DNA from: Octopus sinensis
Taxonomy: Eukaryota
Direction of reading: 5' to 3'
DNA: 64,000 nt
Assembly: GCF_006345805.1 (NCBI RefSeq)
Contig: NC_043005.1
Span: 61,690,001-61,754,000, forward strand
Positions 27,303 to 41,702 of the stretch are shown piece after piece; position 1 is the first letter of the stretch, and the number at the start of each line of letters is the position of its first letter. The position numbers and the translations under genes are program-made. The notes under the pieces were generated by a model. The model saw only the letters and a list, made by a program, of their open reading frames with translations, was not told where the DNA came from and made no database searches.

Positions 27303-27558
27303 ATTGTTTGTTCCTTCTCGAGCCACGCCTGGCTCATAAGGGCCGGTTTCCCGGTTTCCTTGGCGTATAGGTTCCCCACCTGGATGGGAAATAGTGAGAG
27401 AAAGTTGTGGGGAAAGAGTCAGCAGAAGTTCGTCATTACCTTCTGCCGAAGCCGTGTGGAGCTTAGGTGCTTCGCTCATAAACACACACATCGCCCGGTC
27501 TGAGATTCGAACCCGTGATCCCTCGACCGCTGCTCTAACCACTAGGCCATGTGCCTCC
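27303..27558 (-). mobile_element. SINE with B-type head and a different tail; 15-bp TSD
   Basis: acaccctattgtata at 27288-27302 and 27559-27573. Confidence 0.85.
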
Positions 27559-30500
27559 ACACCCTATTGTATAGGAATACATTAAAGTATTCTGTTAGCT
27601 ATATAACAACATTGACGTAATCTACATAGTATACATTTTGAGCTGTATAGTACAATTCTTCATGTGTCCCACGAGTCTGTCAGGTTTTCGCATACAAATC
27701 CTGCTTAATTATTGGTCTGCTTATTTAACATCCAGTATATAGATACATCATATTTCAGTTATTAACTGAATCAATATGGCTGGCATAATCAGTAGAGCAG
27801 CGTACAAATAATTGCCTTCTGGTATTTACGTTATTTTATGTTCTTAGTTCAATTCCGCCTAAATCGACTTTGCCTTTCATCCACCCAAAATTGAATAAGT
27901 ACCAGTAAAATACTGCCGGTAATTTAATCAACTCTATCCTTCTCCAAAATGTGTAGCATCATACCTAACATAGCAAGCCCGATAGGTTGGTTAAATTGCT
28001 AGAACGTCAGATAATTTTCTTTTTATGTATTTAGTTCCGGATCATTACGTACTGAGCTCAAATCTCGTTGAGGTCAACTTTGTTTTCAACCTTTTGGAGT
28101 CGACAAAAATATAGCACTTAACACGTACTGGGATGATTTTAATTGATTAACGCATTCCTCTTAATTTCTGGACTTGTACCTATGTTAGAAACCTTTGTCG
28201 TTATTAACGCTTAATAACGGGCCGTTGGGATTTCTTTTATCACATTCCAGATGATAAACTCTCTTAAGTTGCTACCAAATATTCTCCACGTACAGATAGA
28301 ATTTTCTTTCTCTCAAGATATGAAGGCATACTGAAAAGTGATGTAGCGTATATATTCACCTCAGTACTGTTTCATATTCTTGTCATCACCATTTCAGCAG
28401 CATTTCTGCGGCAGAGACAACTACACTTTCACTGGTTTAACTTATAGAAATCAATTTAAATCCAAAGATGGGTACAAGCCACTGTAATAATTAGGAGGTA
28501 GATCAATGTAATTACTAGATGTTTTTTAAATCGATTTTAAAATAAAAATCAAGTAAATGTCCTTTAAGCTTTAATTGACCCCTTGAGAGTTTGTACTTAG
28601 TACCCATTTCATTAAGAGAAACGGATGCGTAAAAAATATCATTTACAATTAGACGCTTTGTATGATTCAGCATATAGTGATGAGGGTTTTTTTAAAAATA
28701 TAAGCTGAAAGATGATTACAGCTCGGGGTCAATGTGGTACCAGCTAGTTTTTCTGCTTTCTCCAACATGAAAATAAACATATTCTTGTCACATTGTTTTC
28801 TTAGAATTGATTATTCGGGTAAACTACCGTATTCTCCAGCATACGAGTCAAATTTTTCGAATCCAAATTTACAGCCAACATAGGTCGACTTATACACCAA
28901 GACAACTTTGAAGAACCAAAAATTCCATGTGAAATGCAACAGGATTTTGAAAGAAAATGACAACGTTTGATTGTTTGCAGTACATGTGTGTACTATATAT
29001 GTCGATTTGTATTCCAGAAAATTCGGAATAATATTGTGATAGAGATTGAGACACTGATAGTTTTTGTTGCACTATTCATTTACTAAAACTAAAACAGTTG
29101 TCTAAAATGTTACGCCCAAGAAAACTTACATTTTTTTTTTTACCAAATGTAGTATTCTTCCTTAATCCTTCATATTAATATGAAATATTTGAGGCCACTG
29201 CAAAAATTAAACTTTTGCTCTATTTTTACTACTATACTTTATTGTTCGATAACCGAGGACAGATATAAAAAAAACAAAATTGAAAGTAACGTCATATATT
29301 TAATAAAACGGGCGGTCCGAATGAAATATGGCCGCGGGACGCATTTTGCCGACTCTTACGGCCATTGAATAAAAAAAAATTAACACAGGCAGTCCTGAAT
29401 GAGAATGACTGTATTATTTGTTGTGTCATTCTCTTTTAGAGACTGCAGGAGTATATTGTGGGGGAGCTTTAACTTCCATTTCTAGCATGTGAAGTGACTG
29501 GGCACTGCAACTGCCAGTAAAATGGAGAAGAAATGGAATGAAACACTGAGTCGAAAATCACGAAGCCATGAAGCCACGATTCACAATGCAGTTCGTTTTC
29601 CTATGAATTCTAAATCAACACCACGCCCCAAAATAGTCTTGACATGAATGAAGTAAACCAAAATCTTATGACTTACCATTCTATTTTACAGTATTTCCCT
29701 CCAACTTAATCGAACTGAATAACGTATTGATATCAAATCACAATGTTACGTTTGTCTTGGCGTACAAAAGTTAATAATAAATAGTATAAACAACAAAAGA
29801 CAATCATGTTTTTTAAAAGAAAAAAATATATGGAAAAATACACAAATAAACAGAATACAATTATTTGTTGCTTTCTAAGTTTAAATACCATTTATAACTT
29901 TCTTTCAAAGCACTGGCAGCCATAATAATTCATGTAAGTTCTCGTTTTCGTATTCCACAACAGAATGAATTAGTATTGCTTTTTGTTTTTTATTTGTTTA
30001 TTTTATTTCCCATTCTATAGCGTGCAATGTCAAACCCATTGAAACAAATGTCATTTGAAAACAGTTGAATACCTGAAATAAGATGCAAGCTACTTGTCTG
30101 ATATCAGATACAACACACAACTATCTATCTTTACATTTTGACATAACAAAAGCTCTTTGTCTGGAAAGATTTAGTAGTGGAGAAATGTTCTGAGTAGTAG
30201 CCACAGAAATCAATGTCACCTTCTTTGCTGCTGCTACTATTCTACATCCTCATCTCCAGTTCCAGCTGCTTCATATTCAACTGACCTCACTGAAATATAT
30301 CGTAAAACAGAGGGATTTCAGTGGGAGCTTTTTTGTTTGTTCTTTTTTTTCTGAAACACAAAATGGACAGTAGGTAAGTAACTAATACATTTGAAGTTAT
30401 TATATGAAGGAAGAGTGAAAGTTTATAAATGAAAAACGCTTTTCTCTACGACACGCCTTTTGGTGGTTCCCATTGAACAAGTCCAGTATATCTTTAGTTA

Positions 30501-30627
30501 CAGTTCTCATTGAAATTTCAAAATCAATTCATTCGCTCAATGCCGTCTGTTTGTGTATTTTACTAAGGATAATAGGTCTCCTTTCAGAGTAGTAGTAGTA
30601 GTTGCAGCAGCAGCAGCAGCAGCAGTT

Positions 30628-30658
<31 letters not shown>

Positions 30659-30713
30659 GGAGGTAGCGGCGACAGCAGCGATAGCTGCACCTTCAGCACC
30701 AGCACCAGCAAGC

Positions 30714-31065
30714 GGAGGCGCAATGGCCCAGTGGTTAGGGCAGCGGACTCGCGGTCGGAGGATCGCGGTTTCGATTCCCAGACTGGGCGTTGTGTATGTT
30801 TATTGAGCGAAAACTCCTGAAACTCCATGAGGCTCCGGCAGGGGGGGGGGGCGATCCCTGTTGTACTCTTTCGCCCCAACTTTCTCTCACTCTTTCTTCC
30901 TGTTTCTTGTCCCCGACTTCCTACGCTGAGTCTAAATGCGCATTCATCCATCCGTGATTGACCTGCTTTCTCTTCTACGGGTCTTACGAATAGCAAAGGA
31001 CCACGTTTCGGACTTCTCCCATCTTGCGAGCTCTAGGACGAAGACCGTTCGCTCAACAACAACAA
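30714..31065 (+). mobile_element. SINE with B-type head and a third tail type, ending in (CAA)n
   Basis: Head near-identical to 19933; diverges after about 30905. Confidence 0.8.
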
Positions 31066-31093
31066 CAATAGCAGCAGCCGTAGCAGCAGCAGC

Positions 31094-31131
<38 letters not shown>

Positions 31132-32705
31132 AAAATAAAGTTACCTTATTTTTGCTTCCGCCTTTAGCCTTTAGACTTCAAAAGATCCGTGTTCAGCGCT
31201 ATAAGTTACTGTGACACTAGTTCGCTTTGCAGTGATGTCACTACTGCATACAATCATGAGAGGTTCGTCTTTACGGTCATTCTACATGCTAGAGACAATA
31301 ACTAAATATTCCTCAAGTGACACCCCACAGTTTTAAATACTGACGGGATACAGTAGATAATGTAGTATCAGATTATTTTAAAAACAGCAGCAAAATGGAA
31401 GTGATATCACAGTGTGATAAAACCATGAGGTATTTATTCGGGTGCTCTGCACCATGAGTTCAAATTATACTGAACTGAACTCTCTGACATTCTTCAAGAG
31501 TCGTATTGAGGTCAATTTGTTCTCTCTCACCCTCCCTCTCTTCCCCCTCTCTCTCTTCCTCTTTCTATCCCCCTCTCTCCACTCTCTCTCAGTCGGTATT
31601 GTTGCGTTGAGAGAAAGGTCGTGGGAAACTGAATTCTTTTCTACAGCAATGAAGAAAGACCGACTGAGGGGTTAGCAATCCAATCTCACTGAAAAAAAAA
31701 ACTAATTTGCTTTTGGGGTCATCTAAGTGTAAAACAAAAAATACAACATGGAACGGAGGAAAAAAATACTTTTTAGGAGACGGGAAGCCGTGGCTGGAAT
31801 GCCTTTGAACAAAAATCTGCTCAGGCTGAGATGCCCTAGAGATGTACAATAACAAAAGTGCCAACTTCACGGTAGCCTTTACACAGTAGATACAGCAGCC
31901 AAATCACCGTCAAACGTGTGAGATAATGCGGTTCTATGTGTACTGAAGCAAGGAAATTGTCACAGTTGCAATGTCTTTGTTAATAAGCCTGTTACATCAA
32001 AACTTGACTTGGAGTTAAATCACAACTGGCTGACGGGATGCATATTGAAACACCGATATCACAGAATCCTTTGCTCCAGTTATGCAAGTTATGAATACGT
32101 TGTCGTCGTAATAGGGAGAAGATTTTCTCTTTTGACTTACACAACAGCAACTAGCATATTTGCGTTCGATTTTGTTGGAACACTAGGATCTAATCTTTTT
32201 CATTCGCAAAATGAGACCCCTTTAATTTTGCTCAGATTGCTTTCAATTTTGGCGTATCGATTACGATCATCCAATTACTTTATCTCGTAAATTAAAGAAT
32301 CTGATGTCATTTGGAATTAAAGTTGGGAAATTTGGGTAATTTTAGACAGCGTGGTATTAGCAGCTTGCTACCATGACAATCGCACACTGTGTTGTGGTTC
32401 ACTGTCGTCTGTGCTGCTGTTGTCTATGTTGATTCTTCATATTTGATTCTTTACACCACGAGATTCTTTTCACCTGCGTGTTTTGTTTTAATTTTTCAGT
32501 GTTAGTATTTTTACTTATATTTCATTTCATATATATTTTTGAGACTCATTGACTCAGATGGATTTATGACTACAGTATATTAATTCTGTTCATAAAAATT
32601 TAAACGAGGAGTATTTCTTAAACCGTTAGCTTCGCATTTCAAGACCTTAACTGAACGTAACAGGAACTGAGAGGGATATCGGGAAACAGAGAAACTGTGG
32701 GTAAT

Positions 32706-33600
32706 GCGGCGGCAGCGACGGCGGCAGCGGCAGCGGCGGTGGTAGCGGTGACAGCGGCGGCAGCGGAGGTAGCGGCAGTAGCGGCGGCAGTAGCGGCGGC
32801 AGCGTCGGCAGCGTCGGTAGCGGCGTAAGCGGCGGCAGCGGCAGTAGCAGCGGCAGCGGCGGCAGGGGTAGCGGCGGCAGCGGCGGCAGCGGCGGCAGCG
32901 GCGGCAGCGGCGGCAACGGCGGCAGCGGCGGCAGCGGCGGCAGCGGCGGCAGCGGCGGCAGCGGCGGTAGCGGCGACAGCGGTAGCGACGACAGCGGCGA
33001 CAGCGGCAGCGGCGGCAGCAGCAGCGGCGGCAACGGCGGCAACGGCGGCATAGGCGGTAGCGGCGGCATAGGCGGTAGCGGCGGCATAGGCGGTAGCGGC
33101 GGCATAGGCGGTAGCGGCGGCATAGGCGGTAGCGGCGGGAGGGGCGGTAGCGGTAGCGGCGGCAGGGGCGGTAGCGGTAGCGGCGGCAGGGGCGGTAGCG
33201 GTAGCGGCGGCAGGGGCGGTAGCGGTAGCGGCGGCAGGGGCGGTAGCGGTAGCGGCGGCAGGGGCGGTAGCGGTAGCGGCGGCAGGGGCGGTAGCGGCGA
33301 CAGCGGCGGTACCGGTGGTAGCGACAGTAGCGGCGGCAACGGCGGTAGGGCGGAAGCGGCCGAACCGGCGGCAGCGGCCGAACCGGCGGTACCGGTAGTA
33401 GTGACAGTAGCGGCGGCAACGGCGGTAGGGGCGGTGGCGGCGGCGGCGGCGGCAGCGGCAGCGGCGGTAGTGGCGGCAGCGGCAGTAGCTGCGGCAGCGG
33501 CGGCAGCGACGACAGCGGCGACAGCGGCGACAGTGGCGCCAGCGGCGATAGGGACGGCGGTGGCGGTGGCAGTGACGGCGGCGGTGGTGGTGGTGGTGGT
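32706..33600. repeat. ~900-bp GC-rich compound (GGC/AGC/TAG) repeat with 9-, 18- and 24-bp higher-order units
   Basis: Direct reading. Confidence 0.9.
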
Positions 33601-34153
33601 AAGTGAGCAGACTAGTAGTTTTTTAACAATATGTTTGATTGCAAATACTTCAGAGGAGTTTTCTGCATACTAAACAGAGATATGACAAAGTCCAACACAT
33701 AATATAATTAGCTGAAAAAAATACGATCATTTGAGATCAGCCAAGCAATTAATTGACAAACACCCCCACTAGAAATGTTTCAAATCTAAAATCAGCATGG
33801 CAAGGAAGATAACCCCAATAAAATATATTCACAACTAGAATGCTCTCCATAAATATTAGATTATCCCTAGCTCACGTCTGGTATATTCCCCACCCCTCAC
33901 CGAAATCTGAAAGATGAAAGGCAAAGTTGATCATGACTCTACGATTCCACTAACATATGCGTTCTACTTCTTGGTATATTTCATGGATCCCGTTCATAGA
34001 AGATCAGTTGTTTGACTAAACACATTATACAAACTAGTATCATAATCTTGTAGTGATCTTAGCAGTTATACAGCTACATAAGAGAATGTTCTTTGTCCTC
34101 GAGTAATAGCGATCGTTAGTTTTATCCCATGGCATTACATAAGATAAGCATAA

Positions 34154-34790
34154 GGCGGCGAGCTGGCAGAAACGTTAGCACGCCGGGCGAAATGCGTAGC
34201 CGTAATTCGTCTGTCGTTACGTTCTCAGTTCAAATTCCGCCGAGGTCGACTTTGCCTTTCATCCTTTCGGGGTCGATTAAATAAGTACCAGTTACGCACT
34301 GGGGTCGATGTAATCGACTTAATCCGTTCGTCTGTCCTTGTTTGTCCTCTCTGTGTTTAGCCCCTTGTGAGTGGTAAAGAAATAGGTATTTCGTCTGCCG
34401 CTACGTTCTGAGTTCAAATTCCGCCGAGGTCGATTTTGCCTTTCATCCTTTCGATGTCGATAAATTAAGTACCAGTTGTGTACTGGGGTCGATCAAATCA
34501 ACTGGCCTCCTCCCCAAAAATTTCAGGCCTTGTGCGTATTGTAGAAAGGATTATATAAGACAAGCATAAGATGACGAGCTGACACAATCGTTAGCACTCT
34601 GGACAAAATTACTAACAGCATTTCTTCTGTCTTTACGTTCTGAGTTCAAATTCTGCCGAGGTCGACTTTGCCGTTCATCTGTTCAAGGTCGATAAAATAA
34701 GTACCAGTTGAGCACATGCGTCGATGTAATCGCTTAGTCACTCCGGAAATTCCATGCCTTGTGCCTCTCGTAGAAATGATTATATAAGCT
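34154..34790 (+). mobile_element. Tandem or nested SINE family A copies
   Basis: Three cores; ataagataagcataag-like repeats at the unit borders. Confidence 0.85.
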
Positions 34791-35629
34791 AAGCACGTTC
34801 ATATTTGTAGTTAAATCCATATACTCTGAGTTTAAAGATAATCAGGACGACTTTGCCTTTCTTTATCATCCGGAGTCAATGAAATAAATATCAGTCATGG
34901 CCTGGCATCGACCATAATCGAGTATTACTTTCCTTTCGCACAAAATCTGACTTTGCATCAATGTAGGAAATCGATATAATACAGTCATCGCACAAGTGAC
35001 GGGACGGATAATAAAACCAAAACTGGAAGCCAAAACAGTAGAGAGCATAAGAAGGGAAGAGAGGGAGAGAAGAGGAGAGCAGAGAAGAGAAGAGAAAAGA
35101 GTCAGAAGAAAAGAAGAGAGAGTGAGGAGGGAAAGTAATTTAGTTGTTTATTGAGCAACAGAGTAAATAAGCAAAAATAACAAATATGTGCAACAAAATA
35201 ACAGCAAATGTAAATAACAGAATATCAGAAAGATGTGGGTATTGACTGATAGACTAAGTGATATAACTTTTGGTGCCTAAACAATATTAGTTCCTATATT
35301 GCAATATTCTGGAAAATTCCAGAACAAAACAGTCATTGTTGAATCTACAGTCAGGCTGGTTAATTTATTCTTTCTTCTTGATTTTTGTTGTTGTTTGTTT
35401 GTTTGTTTGTTTGTTTTGTTTTTTTTATTCGGCGGGGAGTGTGGGGGGTGCAAGTATGGGAGATATTTCTTCGTATTTGATATTATTTTTTTTTTTGGTT
35501 TACTTGAAGGGTGTTTTTTGTTGTTGTTGTTGTTGTTGTTATGCCATGGAACATTCTCAATTGTTTCTATAACAATAAAGAATACAAGAGATTTGTTAAT
35601 AATTAAAAGTCTTCTTTCGACTATCTCGT

Positions 35630-35737
35630 CTCTTTTTTTTCTTTTTTTATTTTAGTCTTTTTTTTTCTTTTTTTATTTTAGTCTTTTTTTTTCTTTTTTA
35701 TTTTAGTCTTTTTTTCTTTTTTTTATTTTAGTCTTTT

Positions 35738-35745
<8 letters not shown>
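35630..35745. repeat. ~26-bp pyrimidine-rich minisatellite, about four units
   Basis: tctttttttttctttttttattttag repeated. Confidence 0.8.
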
Positions 35746-35773
<28 letters not shown>

Positions 35774-35938
35774 ATCGTTCTTTCCATTCATTCAGTAGTA
35801 CACAATAAAACACGAGGCGGAAATTTAAAAACCAAAATATAATATAAAGCACACAAACAAAGCACGGAGGAAATCTGTGGAAAAGTGAATAGAAAAACCA
35901 CCGAAAGCAGATAACGATGATGATCATGATCATGATGA

Positions 35939-35970
<32 letters not shown>

Positions 35971-36271
35971 ATAATAATAATAATAATAATAATGATGATG
36001 ATGTAAACTGTAAGATAGTTCAACAGTTTCTAATTTGTAGGCACCTTGTAATTTGACATTATTGACTAAGAGACAGTAATATTACGTTCTACTGAAAGTG
36101 TTGCACTTAAAAATATTGTTGGAGATTGGTTATTTTCGATTAGTAACTAATAAATTCTGTATGTTCCTGGTATTATATTCTGCGAGGTTTTTTTTTATGT
36201 ATTTATTAAGAATTATTAACTGGATTATTTGATATTTATTCCTCTATTGTCCACACACGCACTCACACATA

Positions 36272-36313
<42 letters not shown>

Positions 36314-36515
36314 TAAATGCATAACCTTTTACATCTTCCCCCACCTCTATAGATTTCTCAATATTACACGTTTGGTTGAGTTTTAGAGAGGAAGGAAAGA
36401 GTTTTTTTTAATCTTTTATATAGTTTCCTTCCATAATCAATGAAAACAGGAATGATATAGCATTCCACAGCTAGCATCAGGTTAAAATGTTTCGAATTCT
36501 GGCAACAGTACTATG

Positions 36516-36665
36516 ATATTCTGTTGTGTCTGGGGAGAGTCATTTTCTTTTTGTACCTTATAATTTAACACACTCGCCGGTAAAATAAGTGGAAATTTTA
36601 CCGGTGAGTGTGTTAAATTATAAAGCACAAAAAGAAAATCACTCTCCCCAGACACAACAGAATAT
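36516..36665. repeat. Fold-back palindrome, ~70-bp arms
   Basis: atattctgttgtgtctggggagagt...ccggtaaaat / attttaccgg...actctccccagacacaacagaatat. Confidence 0.9.
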
Positions 36666-36890
36666 GCTTCGACACACGAACTCATATAAAGCATCTTGCA
36701 AACCAAATCCAAAAACTAAGTACTATGATATATATAGCACTATAATGTGTGTGTGTGTGTGTGCAGATGTTCTAGGATACATCGTCAGTGAAGTTTGAGG
36801 TCTCGTGGGTCTCGGATCTTTCAACTTCAGACCCCACGCATTGCGAGCCATCAGAAGTTGATCAAATTACATTTTGCCTCCCAACTGCAG

Positions 36891-37008
36891 TAAATTACTG
36901 GTTTGTCCACTTTGTCCATATATATGCGTGTATGTATGTGTGTATATATATATATACACACATCACATACATACACGCATATATATGGACAAAGTGGACA
37001 AACCAATA

Positions 37009-37013
<5 letters not shown>
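36891..37013. repeat. Fold-back palindrome centred on (TA)n
   Basis: tggtttgtccactttgtccatatatatgcgtg / cacgcatatatatggacaaagtggacaaacca. Confidence 0.9.
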
Positions 37014-37039
<26 letters not shown>

Positions 37040-37268
37040 CGGTTTGGCCAAAGGTCACTCGGCAATGAATCAAAATTCCATAAATACTTAATATTCAATT
37101 TAATTTATTCATTCCAATTATGAATGTTTACAAGAAAAACTTCAGTTTGAACAATTTTTATGACGTTTCATGTTTAGATGCTTTTATTAAATTCGTTCAG
37201 TTGTTAAACAAATAAATCTTAGAATTAAATAGTTTTGATTTACTGTCAGGTGACTTTTGGCCAACCCT
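37040..37268. mobile_element. Tc1/mariner-type MITE
   Basis: ~35-bp imperfect TIRs ggtttggccaaaggtcac.../...gtgacttttggccaaccc; TA flanks. Confidence 0.75.
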
Positions 37269-37275
37269 ACATACA

Positions 37276-37307
<32 letters not shown>

Positions 37308-37333
37308 CATACATATACGTACAACACACACAC

Positions 37334-37431
<98 letters not shown>

Positions 37432-37548
37432 ATATATATACGGTTCTTGACTGAAGATTAGAGGCTTCGAATGACCCGTCCGTTTTTTGTATCGTTTATT
37501 TGTATGTTTTGCGTTCTTGTCCCATTTTGTATTTTTTATAAATATTTT

Positions 37549-37579
<31 letters not shown>

Positions 37580-37654
37580 GAAAAATTATTATTTTATTCA
37601 TTTCTTAAAAAATATTGTTTAAATATTTCTGATTATTTATTTAAATATTATAAT

Positions 37655-37754
37655 TAACCTGAAGATTGACTATAACCATAATTCGAATTATTAATTGAAT
37701 TTAAATTATTGTTATTCGAATTGGTTAATAGGCTTGAAACGATCGTGGTGGTTT
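37655..37754 (+). ncRNA. Degenerate hammerhead with extended AT-rich stem II
   Basis: aac CTGAAGA ...aacca.aattcgaat / attcgaattggtt... GAAA CGATCG TG gtggtt. Confidence 0.55.
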
Positions 37755-37802
37755 TACTCATTATCTTATATTAAACTTTTAATACTTTTGATAGTTATAT
37801 AT

Positions 37803-37839
<37 letters not shown>

Positions 37840-38899
37840 AATTTATAAGTATAAATTATTAATTTAAATAATTTTAATTTTTTAAAAATTTTAACTTTAA
37901 TTTAAATATTTTAAATTTTGAATTTTATATTTTATATATTTTTTATTAATTAATTTTATTTCTATGTATTGGTTTATGGTTTTCACTGTTTGATTTGCCT
38001 AATAGTGGTTTTATCTCTAATTTAATATAATATATATATATATATTTATACTATAAAATTACATTTAATCCTAAATCTAATTTTTCCCTGTAAGTTTGGA
38101 TTTACAGAAAATTTAAAGGAGTGAAACAGGTAATATAAGCTACACTTCTTTTTATTGCCGTCATGTTTACAGGAGTTGCGAGTTCGAGTCCTTCGAGCAG
38201 CTTTCGACTTTTTCTATCCAAAGGATTTTAAACCCACTATTTACACTGCATTATTATAGTTTTATTTACTTGGAGATTTACCGTTACTACAAAGAATTCT
38301 TTCCTTTTTCTTTGTGTTTCTTTTTTAAACAAAAGCTAATATCAATAATAAAATCAGGTATTTCAATCCAATGCTTTCTAAATGTATTTCTATCATAATT
38401 ACATGGCTAAAGGACACAAACATCTTGTTAACAGCTGTATTGCTTTTACCCAATGAAGAAACCAATAATAAAAGCATTATCGGCGTACTGATTCATTTCC
38501 TGAGAATTTAAAACACTGATTGCTTACATTTATTAAGGATGAAAATGTAATTGGAAATGCAAACAAATCACATTTATACACTTTTAATACAAACGAAATA
38601 TATTTAGATACAAAATATATTGTGCTTTTTTATATATTTGTAAACGCAAACTTTTTTTTAAAATTTAGATAACAGCTGTAAATCCCTTGTCGCTTATCAG
38701 TTTTTCTACTTTAAAAATGAAAATAAAATAAAATTTTTGTTGGAAATTCTGAATCTCTCATGTCAGAACAAAATAAAATGCGAGGATCGATTTTTAAAAT
38801 ATATAGATATGATTAAGGAAAAGAAATAGGGCATGTAAGGACAAACATTTATGCTTATATAAATGCCGTATTTTATGCGATAACTAAACAAGAATGTCA

Positions 38900-39720
38900 G
38901 TATATGCATTTCGAGCTCTCAGTGTCATCATCAATATTAGATATCAAGTAGGACAACTTGAAAATGACTAAAAGCTTTCGTTTTCTTAAAAGAAATTAGT
39001 AAAGATCTACTACAGAGTGTTGACAAATAAACAAATTTTTCAGTCAGTTCTCAATATGTCTCAACATGTATCAAACATATTTGACTTCCAAAATAAGCCC
39101 TTTTCGCTGCGGTTTGCCATGAAAAAAATTCTCGCTTTAGGCAAAAAGTGTAAAACACCAAAGTGCTTCTGGACTAATATACGCATTTCGTAAGCATGGA
39201 ATACCAGCCGTTGTGGTTTCCTGAAGCTGGTGGTGTTCTACGACTCGGTAGAAGTAAGCTAACGAGATTTATTCGGACACCCAGAGATATTAACGAAAAT
39301 ATCTCGCTCGATATTACCGGGAGAACGGTTCTTAAATACTCATCGGAATTGGATGGATGTAAAGAGAAGGTACAAGTTCATTGAAAAATTTAAACCACTC
39401 TAAGTGGATTACTAGATTACAAGGTGAATTTTGGCAACTCGTAACAGGATTTTTGTTTGTTTGTTTTGTTTGCTAATGGTGTAAGTAATCCGTATTTTCA
39501 TGAGGATTGCAGTGCAGACCAGTAATTAGTGATTTGCACAGACAATGTAGATAGGATCATTAAACCAAGCCCCGCATATTGAAAGTGTCGATTCGAATGT
39601 GGAAAGCTTATATGAACTGGATTAGCATTCTTGATATTCGAAATTTATTGAGAATGACTGTAAAGATGAAGTGGGAGCTGAAAAGAGTCTGAGTAGAATC
39701 GGTAAGATCAGTAAAAAGCT
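38900..39720 (+). mobile_element. Very decayed RTE-like LINE 3' region
   Basis: Faint LEN..F.FL, LIY.....W and FG...R motif remnants. Confidence 0.35.
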
Positions 39721-39814
39721 TTCGACATACGTGTGGAGTTAATAGCTAACTCAAAAGTGGTTGAGGTAATTTAATTTTTATTAGCCCTTTGATAGTCACT
39801 GCTTTAAATATATT

Positions 39815-40210
39815 GATTTCAAATTTTGATCAAAGACCAGTAATTTGGGGGAAGGGATTAAGTCGATTACATTGACCCCAGTGATCAACTGGTACTTATT
39901 TAATCGACCTCGAAAGGATAAAAAGCAAAGTCGACCTCGGCGGAATTTGAATTCAGAACGTAAAGATGGACGAAATACCTATTTCTTTACTACCCACAAG
40001 GGGCTAAATACAGAGCGGACAAACAAGGACAGAGAAACGGATTAAGTCGATTATATCGATCCCAGTGCGTAACTGGTACTTAATTTATCGACCCCGAAAG
40101 GATGAAAGGCAAAGTCGACCTCGGCGGAATTTGAACTCAGAACTTAACGACAGACGAAATACCACTAAGCATTTCGCCCGGCGTGCTAACGTTTCTGCCA
40201 GCTCACCGTC
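39815..40210 (-). mobile_element. SINE family A dimer
   Basis: Two cores in reverse orientation. Confidence 0.88.
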
Positions 40211-41264
40211 TTCACTGCATTAATTAAATCAAAATCAATATGACTAATATTCAAGTCTTGTCTTGAGATTAATTATTTTTTTAATGCAGATTCCCTCAGA
40301 GCTAAAGTACTTCTATTACAGGCTCGGTTTTAAATTGTAAAATAAAAGAATTAACACCAGTTATTTCACCCGCCAATGGGGGAGCCTCTATACTAGCCCG
40401 TGTCCTGCTGGAAATAGCAGTCCAGTTGCTCTCAAAGTACGCCTTTTACTTTTTAAAGTACCAGGAAGTACATATCGGAATAATATAGACCTACAAACAA
40501 TATGTGGGAATAAAAGTTGAGCTGGTCATGGCTGACCATATTTGATTATAGGCCTGCTTGATCAAGGTAGATATGGAGAGGGACCTTGTAAGTAAAAGTA
40601 AACAATAACAGTGAGTATTATAATAGTTTCTGACAGGTGATAAAATTATTTTCTAACTACTATGAATTCAAATTTCCTAACAACCTACCCAAGTATCTAC
40701 TTTTCGCCATCTGCCACTTCCTTTTCTGTTCATATTATCTTGCTACACACACACATGCGTACACACAATATGGCTGACATTTTCATTTATCTTGCCATAC
40801 AGCCAACACGTATCGTGCTGTCTTCTGTCAATATTTGCTTTAACAAGGCTTATTCTAACCATTTGTTCTTGTTCAGAGATAATTCAAAGTTTCTGTTTCT
40901 TTCTTTAGTCTTCCTTCGTTCAGCCAATTTCACTGTTATCTTTACAGTATCTCCTGTTTCCTTGACAGGCTCTTCATGTAAAACATTTCATTTCCCCCTG
41001 CTTTTGTTTTCCTTTCGCATATAATCTTTTTTTCTCCTGATTCGATTCACTCACCATTGATCTTCTTGTCTGTAAGTCGGAAGGTAAATAGAATTGATCT
41101 ATCGTTGAATTTCACTCCACTGTAAGCCCATATATGCTTTTAATATAAACCACGTTATTGCAAGCTGTAGAATCAAGTGTTCTGTTTTAACCCTTTAACT
41201 GCGAAATTAAATTTCGTGGATATTCCATTAGTGATATTAAATATCTACCAAAAAAAATAGAAGT

Positions 41265-41495
41265 TTCTTTTATTTATTTCAGTCATTTGACTGCGGCCAT
41301 AGTGAAGCACTGACTTAAAGGGTTCTTTTAGTCCAAGAAATCGCCCCCACCCTAGGATTTATTCGTTGTAAATATAGTACTTATTCTATCGGTCTCTTTT
41401 GCAGGAACGGTACGTTACGGGAACGTAAACGCACCAACAGCGGTTGTAAAGTGATGAGGACTGAGTCAAGAAGACACACATATACATACATACCT

Positions 41496-41547
<52 letters not shown>

Positions 41548-41702
41548 CTTACAACTTCACTTTGTTATAAATATATATACATTATTTAAAAGCAGGAGAA
41601 ATATAACAACAGCTTTTGTTATATTTCTGCTACTTTTAAATAAAGCATATTACTTGAATACACTTTTTCTACCTTGTTTCACATTTACGTACTTACTCCG
41701 GT

